From Thermoanaerobaculia bacterium (GTDB lineage Bacteria > Acidobacteriota > Thermoanaerobaculia > Gp7-AA8), in contig DASPNA010000078.1 in NCBI GenBank assembly GCA_035626775.1, positions 42,771 through 106,770 of the forward strand: a stretch of 64,000 bases of DNA. The letters are read 5' to 3'. This document shows, piece after piece, positions 60,424-64,000 of the stretch. Position numbers and translations under genes: made by a program. Under the pieces are notes generated by a model. The model was given only the letters and a program-made list of their open reading frames with translations, was not told where the DNA came from and ran no database searches. Positions within the stretch are counted from its first letter, which is position 1; every line of letters begins with the position of its first letter.

Positions 60424-61427
60424 TCGCGCGGCGTCACGTCCTTCCAACGAAAGCCTTCGCGCGCAAACAGGAACAAGCCCGTCGTCAGCACCGGCAGCGT
60501 TCCGATGACGTGAAACAGGACCGCGACGGCGACGCTCGCATCGATGCTGAACTGATAGAAGCGCGTGAGCACGAGCTGACACGCTTTGTGGAATCCGCCG
60601 ATCCCGCCCGGCGTCGGAATGGCCAGCCCCACCGTGGTCACGCCGGTGACGAAGAAGCTCGCGTCATACGGCAACGGCTGGTGAACGGCTTTCGTCGCGA
60701 ACCAGAACTGCGATGTAAGACAGAGCCACACACCCATCGTGCAAAGCACGACCTTCGCGAAGACGCGCCGGTTCTGCGTGATCTTCAGCGTCTCGGTGAA
60801 AGTGTCGAAGAAGTGCATCCAGGCGTTGCGGAAACGCTCGGGCAATAGCCGGCCGAGTTTCTCGTGCAGCCGCCGGACGCTCTCGCGAAAGAAGCTCAGG
60901 CTGATCATGAGGATCGCCAGCGCGACGAGCAACACCGCCGACGCGATGGCACCCGCGCGCACGATGTAGAACCACGCCGCCGTGGAAGCGTCATGCGAGA
61001 ACTCGTTCCAGCGCAGGATGGCGAAGAAAACGAACATCGTCAGGATGCTCGTGAGGTCGAGCACGCGCTCGGTCAGCACGGTACCGAGTGCGCCGGAGAA
61101 ACGATGCGATGTGCGCCGCGCGAGCAGCGCCGGCCGCGCGACATCGGACGCGCGAATGGGCAGGATGATCGAGAACATGTAGCCGACCGTGTTCGCGAAA
61201 AACGTCGCGAAGAACGGCGGAGGGTCATCGGGATCGAGGATGGTCCGCCACCGCAAGGTGCGCAGCAGCAGCGCCGTGGCGTTCGCGATGAAGCCGACGA
61301 TCACCCAGCCCCAGGAAGCGGCGGCGAGGATGCGTCCAACCTGCTGGAGGTCGGCGTTCCGCAGGAAAAGCCAGAGGAAGAAGACCGTCAGCGCCGCAAT
61401 GAACGCGATCTGTAGAATGCGCTTCAA
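60420..61427 (-). CDS. Lysylphosphatidylglycerol-synthase-TM-domain-like (UPF0104) membrane protein
   Basis: Eight TM helices, with a ...PTPGGIGGFH... block. Confidence 0.7.
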   Translation of the reverse strand: MKRILQIAFIAALTVFFLWLFLRNADLQQVGRILAAASWGWVIVGFIANATALLLRTLRWRTILDPDDPPPFFATFFANTVGYMFSIILPIRASDVARPALLARRTSHRFSGALGTVLTERVLDLTSILTMFVFFAILRWNEFSHDASTAAWFYIVRAGAIASAVLLVALAILMISLSFFRESVRRLHEKLGRLLPERFRNAWMHFFDTFTETLKITQNRRVFAKVVLCTMGVWLCLTSQFWFATKAVHQPLPYDASFFVTGVTTVGLAIPTPGGIGGFHKACQLVLTRFYQFSIDASVAVAVLFHVIGTLPVLTTGLFLFAREGFRWKDVTPRE

Positions 61428-61447
61428 ACGAGCGGCATAGTCTCACG

Positions 61448-62380
61448 ATGTTGACGATCTACACGCACCCCGTCTTTGCGCGCCACGATACCGGGTTCGA
61501 CCATCCCGAACGCCCCGCGCGCCTCGACGCCGCACTCGAAGGCGTGACCCGCGCCGGCCTCGCCGACCGCATCGTGCGCAGGCCCGAAACGCATCCCGAC
61601 ACGGAGCGCATTATTCATAAGGTGCACTCCGCCGATTACGAGCGCGAATTCGAACAAGCGGTGCGCGGCGGCTCGCGTTTTTTTCATTCGCTCGACAATC
61701 CCATCTCGTCCGCGACTTTTGCAGCCGCGCGCGCCGCAGTGGCCACTGCGTTGACCGCGGTCGCGGAATCGAAACGCAGCTTCGTCATCGCACGTCCGCC
61801 CGGCCATCACGCCGAACGCGTCGCGGCGATGGGCTTCTGCTTCTTCAATACCATCGCGTGCGTCGCGGAGTGGCTGCGCGAGCAACCCGGCATCGAGCGC
61901 GTGTTCATCTACGACTACGACGTGCATCACGGCAACGGCACACAGCATCTCTTCGAAGAACGCGATGACGTTTATTACGCGTCCATTCATCGCTATCCGT
62001 TCTATCCCGGCACTGGCGCCGCGGATGAAATCGGGACCGGCGCAGGCGGTGGTTTTACGAAGAACATCCCGGTCCGAGGCGGAGAAGGCGACGCGGCGTG
62101 GCTGCGCGCGACTGAAGACGTGATCGTGCGCGCCATCGACGAATACCGCCCGGACGCGATCCTCCTCTCCTCCGGATTCGACGCCCATCGCCGCGATCCC
62201 CTCGGCGGCATGAACGTGACCGAACAGGCGTACGGCGAGCTCACGCGCCGCATCGCGGAAGCCTCGGAGCGACACTGCGAAGGGCGCGTGTTCTCCCTGC
62301 TCGAGGGGGGCTATGACCTCGAAGGGCTGGCCGCCAGCGTGAGCGAGCACGTCAACGCGCTCGATGACGGCGCTCGGTGA
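61448..62380 (+). CDS. Histone-deacetylase-family amidohydrolase (AcuC/HDAC-like)
   Basis: RPPGHHAE and IYDYDVHHGNGTQ. Confidence 0.85.
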   Translation: MLTIYTHPVFARHDTGFDHPERPARLDAALEGVTRAGLADRIVRRPETHPDTERIIHKVHSADYEREFEQAVRGGSRFFHSLDNPISSATFAAARAAVATALTAVAESKRSFVIARPPGHHAERVAAMGFCFFNTIACVAEWLREQPGIERVFIYDYDVHHGNGTQHLFEERDDVYYASIHRYPFYPGTGAADEIGTGAGGGFTKNIPVRGGEGDAAWLRATEDVIVRAIDEYRPDAILLSSGFDAHRRDPLGGMNVTEQAYGELTRRIAEASERHCEGRVFSLLEGGYDLEGLAASVSEHVNALDDGAR

Positions 62381-62433
62381 CGAGCGCAGCATCGTGCAAC
62401 GCACGGACTCATCGCACGTATGAAGCAGGCGTG

Positions 62434-63861
62434 ATGCGAACGATTGGCCTGGCGACGCTCCTTCTCTTCACTGCTTGCGCGACACTGCCGCAGCCATCGC
62501 TCGCACCGTGCACGATCGACGAGGTCGCGGGCGATGTTCGCTGCGGAACGCTCTCGGTACCGGAAAACCGAGCCGCGTCCGGCGGACGCACGATCCCTCT
62601 GCGCATCGTCATCCTCGCGGCGCGCGGCGCCGCCACACGCGATCCGATCTTCATCTTGCAGGGAGGACCAGGGCAGGCCGCATCGACACTGGCCGAGTTC
62701 TACGCGCGCACCTACGACGGCGCACGCGATACACGCGACATCGTGCTCGTCGATCAGCGCGGCACCGGCGCCTCGAACGGATTGCACTGCCGCATGACGA
62801 ACGACATCGATGGCGTCACCGTCATCGGCGAGATGTTCCCACCCGAAAACGTGCGGCGCTGCCTCGACGAAGCGCGCCGGCACGCCGACGTCGCACACTA
62901 CGGCACGGCCGACGCGGTGCTCGACCTCGAGGACGTCCGCCGAGCGCTCGGCTACGAAGCACTCAATCTCTACGGCACGTCCTATGGCACGCGCGTGGCG
63001 ATCGAGTACGCACGCCGTTTCCCACGGCGCGTGCGCACGCTCACCCTCAAAGGAAGCGTGCCGCCGAGCGTCGTCGTCTCCACCGCCTTCGGCCGCGACT
63101 CGCAACGCTCTCTCGATCTGTTGTTCGACGATTGCGCTGCCGATCGCTCCTGCGGCGCCGCGTTCCCTGCTCTTCGAACGGAGTTCGACGCGGTCCTCCG
63201 TCGGTTGCGCGAATCGCCCGTGGCAGTGAGGCTCAGCGATGTACGCGGCGCGACAGGCGAAGTCCTGGTGCGCATCACGCCAGGCTTATTCGCAACGGTG
63301 ACGCGCAGTCTTTTGCAGTCCACCGGCAGCGCCGCGGAATTGCCGCTGCTGATCCACGAGGCGGCCGGCGGCGACTTCGCGCCGTTCGCGCGTCTTGCGG
63401 CGCGTTTGCGCCTCGGCGCCGAGAAGGAGCTCAGCTACGGGATGACATTCGCGGTCAGCTGCTCCGAAGACTCCGCCGCCGCTGCGCTGGCCGCAGACGC
63501 AGGAGAAGGGACGTTTCTCGGCACCTACTGGCGCGATCAGCTGGTGGCCGCTTGCGGCGTGTGGGGCAACAGCTCGGTTACCACACATCGCCAGCCACTC
63601 CGCAGCGAACTGCCGACGCTCCTCATCTCCGGAACGCTCGATCCGGCCACTCCACCGAGCTATGCGGAGGAGTTGCGCGCGCAACTGCCGAACAGCCTGC
63701 ATGTCGAAGTGCGCAACGGTAGCCACTCCTTCTCCGGAATGACGGGCTGCATCGACCGGATCATGGTGGACTTTGTGAGCAAAGGGACGGTGACAGGCCT
63801 CGATCGCGCGTGCGCCGCCGCGATCAAGCGCCCGCCATTCGTCGTGTCGCGCTCGAAGTAG
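62434..63861 (+). CDS. Alpha/beta-hydrolase lipoprotein (S33 tripeptidyl-aminopeptidase-like)
   Basis: Lipobox LLLFTACA and GTSYGT (nucleophile elbow). Confidence 0.75.
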   Translation: MRTIGLATLLLFTACATLPQPSLAPCTIDEVAGDVRCGTLSVPENRAASGGRTIPLRIVILAARGAATRDPIFILQGGPGQAASTLAEFYARTYDGARDTRDIVLVDQRGTGASNGLHCRMTNDIDGVTVIGEMFPPENVRRCLDEARRHADVAHYGTADAVLDLEDVRRALGYEALNLYGTSYGTRVAIEYARRFPRRVRTLTLKGSVPPSVVVSTAFGRDSQRSLDLLFDDCAADRSCGAAFPALRTEFDAVLRRLRESPVAVRLSDVRGATGEVLVRITPGLFATVTRSLLQSTGSAAELPLLIHEAAGGDFAPFARLAARLRLGAEKELSYGMTFAVSCSEDSAAAALAADAGEGTFLGTYWRDQLVAACGVWGNSSVTTHRQPLRSELPTLLISGTLDPATPPSYAEELRAQLPNSLHVEVRNGSHSFSGMTGCIDRIMVDFVSKGTVTGLDRACAAAIKRPPFVVSRSK

Positions 63862-64000
63862 AAGCGCGCTTACCGCTTCTTCGAACGGCAAATGGACCGG
63901 TACAGCTCCTCTAGTCGCGTGATCCGCAACTCCTTAGAGAACCCGTCGGCGACATGCACGCGCGCGGCGCGGCCCACGTCGACCGCGCGCGCAGGGCTCT

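Overview
This is a high-GC (about 65-68%) bacterial chromosomal window, gene-dense on both strands. From gene content it is probably Acidobacteria- or Gemmatimonadetes-like; this cannot be confirmed without searches. There are no rRNA or tRNA genes and no CRISPR array.

Confident housekeeping calls:
- nrdJ (class II B12-dependent ribonucleotide reductase) and, elsewhere in the window, its repressor nrdR
- nadB, ruvB, lon, lexA with an XRE-family HTH regulator downstream, tsaD, valS, birA (no HTH), coaX, ggt, rpiA, bioY
- the ADP-heptose LPS-core genes hldA, hldC and a GT9 heptosyltransferase
- a PIG-L deacetylase plus formyltransferase pair at the window start

Other clusters:
- type IV pilus motor genes pilB, pilT and pilC, co-directional with the heptose genes
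- a signalling cluster: CheW, MCP, a zinc-ribbon protein with two FHA domains, a GGDEF cyclase and a CsgG-like lipoprotein
- a sulfatase-TPR lipoprotein and a CarboxypepD_reg-type TonB-dependent receptor
- a divergent module of a DUF1028 secreted protein, a Peptidase_Mx-like HExxH protein and a Ddl-like ATP-grasp
- a UbiA prenyltransferase, a NYN-domain protein and a flavin monooxygenase
- two tandem paralogous secreted IPT/TIG-domain proteins, preceded by a decayed third copy
- a trio of polytopic membrane proteins that includes a CreD-like protein
- a frameshifted nucleotidyltransferase with a small coupled upstream ORF, which looks like a degraded toxin-antitoxin pair

The most striking feature is a dense set of at least five families of short palindromic repeat elements. 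Each is built from tandem 7-9-mers on one arm, a spacer, and the reverse-complement units on the other arm. They occupy almost every intergenic gap of the pil/heptose operon and several other intergenic sites. One family (CTGGAGCGACGGGCTCTCAGCCCGTCG) is also embedded in-frame inside a glycosyltransferase and inside tsaD, and it supplies the last codons and stop of the CreD-like gene. These repeats also create false N-terminal extensions in several naive ORF calls.

Other notable features are an 80-bp tandem repeat array (about 4.5 copies) and an unusually long, AT-richer leader of about 950 bp upstream of nrdJ.

Many long ORFs in the supplied track are antisense shadows of real genes, which is typical of high-GC DNA, and were rejected.
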